Source: Spirochaetia bacterium (lineage in GTDB: Bacteria; Spirochaetota; Spirochaetia; SZUA-6; Bin103). From it: a stretch of 64,000 bases of DNA. Of the stretch, positions 63,234 to 64,000 are shown piece after piece. A program made the position numbers and the translations under genes. The stretch lies in contig OZ241863.1 in assembly GCA_965203055.1 (NCBI GenBank), forward strand, positions 2,464,001-2,528,000. Direction: 5' to 3'. The notes beneath the pieces are model-generated. The model saw nothing but the letters and a program-made list of their open reading frames with translations. It was not told where the DNA came from and did not search any database. Positions within the stretch are counted from its first letter, which is position 1; each line of letters starts with the position of its first letter.

Positions 63234-64000
63234 TCAGGCGGAAGCGGCGAACGCTTCCAGGTACTGGCTGCGCGACGGGTGGCGCAGGCGGCGCAACGCC
63301 TTCTTCTCGATCTGGCGGATGCGCTCCTTGGTCAGCCGATAGCGGGCGCCGATCTCCTTCAGCGACAGGGGTTGCTTGCCGTTGAGGCCGAAGCGGCGCA
63401 CGATGATGTCGGCCTCCTTCTCGGTGAGGGTGGCCAGCACGCGATTGATCTGGTCCTTCAGGGCGCTGTCATGGGCCTGCTCTTCGGGCGACCGGTAGTC
63501 GGTGTCGGCCACGAAGTCGCCGATGGTCGAGGCGTCGCGGTCCACGCCCACCGGGCTGTCCAGCGACACCAGATCACGGGAGATGCTGACCAGCGACTCC
63601 ACGTGTTCGGCGGACATGTCCACTTCCTTGGCGACCGCGGCCAGCTTGGGTTCGGCGGAGCGGTCGCCCTGGAGCTGCTTGCGCGCCTTTTCGATCTGCA
63701 CCAGCTCGTTGGCGCGATTCAGCGGCAACCGGATCATGCGCGACTTTTCGCACACCGCCTTGAGAATGGCCTGCCGAATCCACCACACCGCGTAGGAAAT
63801 GAAGTGGTACCCCTTGGTCACGTCGAACCGCTCCACGGCGTTCATCAGTCCGATGTTGCCTTCGCTGATCAGGTCGGTAAGGGGCAGACCCTGGTTCTGG
63901 TACTTCTTGGCCACGTTGACGACGAAGCGGAGATTGGCGCGTACCAGGTGCTCCTTGGCCGCCTCGTCGCCGTCGCGGGCGCGCGTGGCGCAGTCGATTT
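63234..64000 (-). CDS. RNA polymerase sigma-70 factor, RpoD/SigA family (5'-partial)
   Basis: ANLRFVVNVAKKY, DLISEGNIGL, SYAVWWIRQ, TKERIRQIE. Confidence 0.93.
   Translation of the reverse strand, partial: IDCATRARDGDEAAKEHLVRANLRFVVNVAKKYQNQGLPLTDLISEGNIGLMNAVERFDVTKGYHFISYAVWWIRQAILKAVCEKSRMIRLPLNRANELVQIEKARKQLQGDRSAEPKLAAVAKEVDMSAEHVESLVSISRDLVSLDSPVGVDRDASTIGDFVADTDYRSPEEQAHDSALKDQINRVLATLTEKEADIIVRRFGLNGKQPLSLKEIGARYRLTKERIRQIEKKALRRLRHPSRSQYLEAFAASA

Overview
GC-rich bacterial chromosome segment. By inference from lipoprotein and solute-binding-protein signal peptides, DUF6062, Uma2/Rpn paralogues and sulfatases, it resembles an uncultured host-associated Spirochaetia; this is not provable from the window. 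The backbone is the 3' end of dnaE2, cobO, HIT, YbjQ, three sulfatases, a split transketolase, five ABC uptake loci, an iolD-transaldolase-sulfatase-dehydrogenase operon behind tRNA-Val(TAC), amtB, pstCAB-phoU, a UvrD/Rep helicase, ppdK and a partial sigma-70 gene. Accessory content: (i) two paralogous lipoproteins built from 12 and 14 'GSGYTSAPTV' repeats inserted into one split domain, with apparently nested (out-and-back) symmetry, each with a long G/C homopolymer near its 5' end; (ii) one intact and two decayed copies of an HNH-endonuclease element with in-frame 14-bp palindromic repeats and a conserved ~45-bp double-hairpin 3' motif that recurs four times ahead of unrelated genes; (iii) an 18.7-30.2 kb island with an orphan NHLP RiPP precursor, a RES toxin-antitoxin pair, two Uma2 nucleases, an IS110 with a candidate bridge RNA and a broken type IIG/DrmMI-like methyltransferase. 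Many genes look leaderless. Everything was read by eye; no searches or folding were run.
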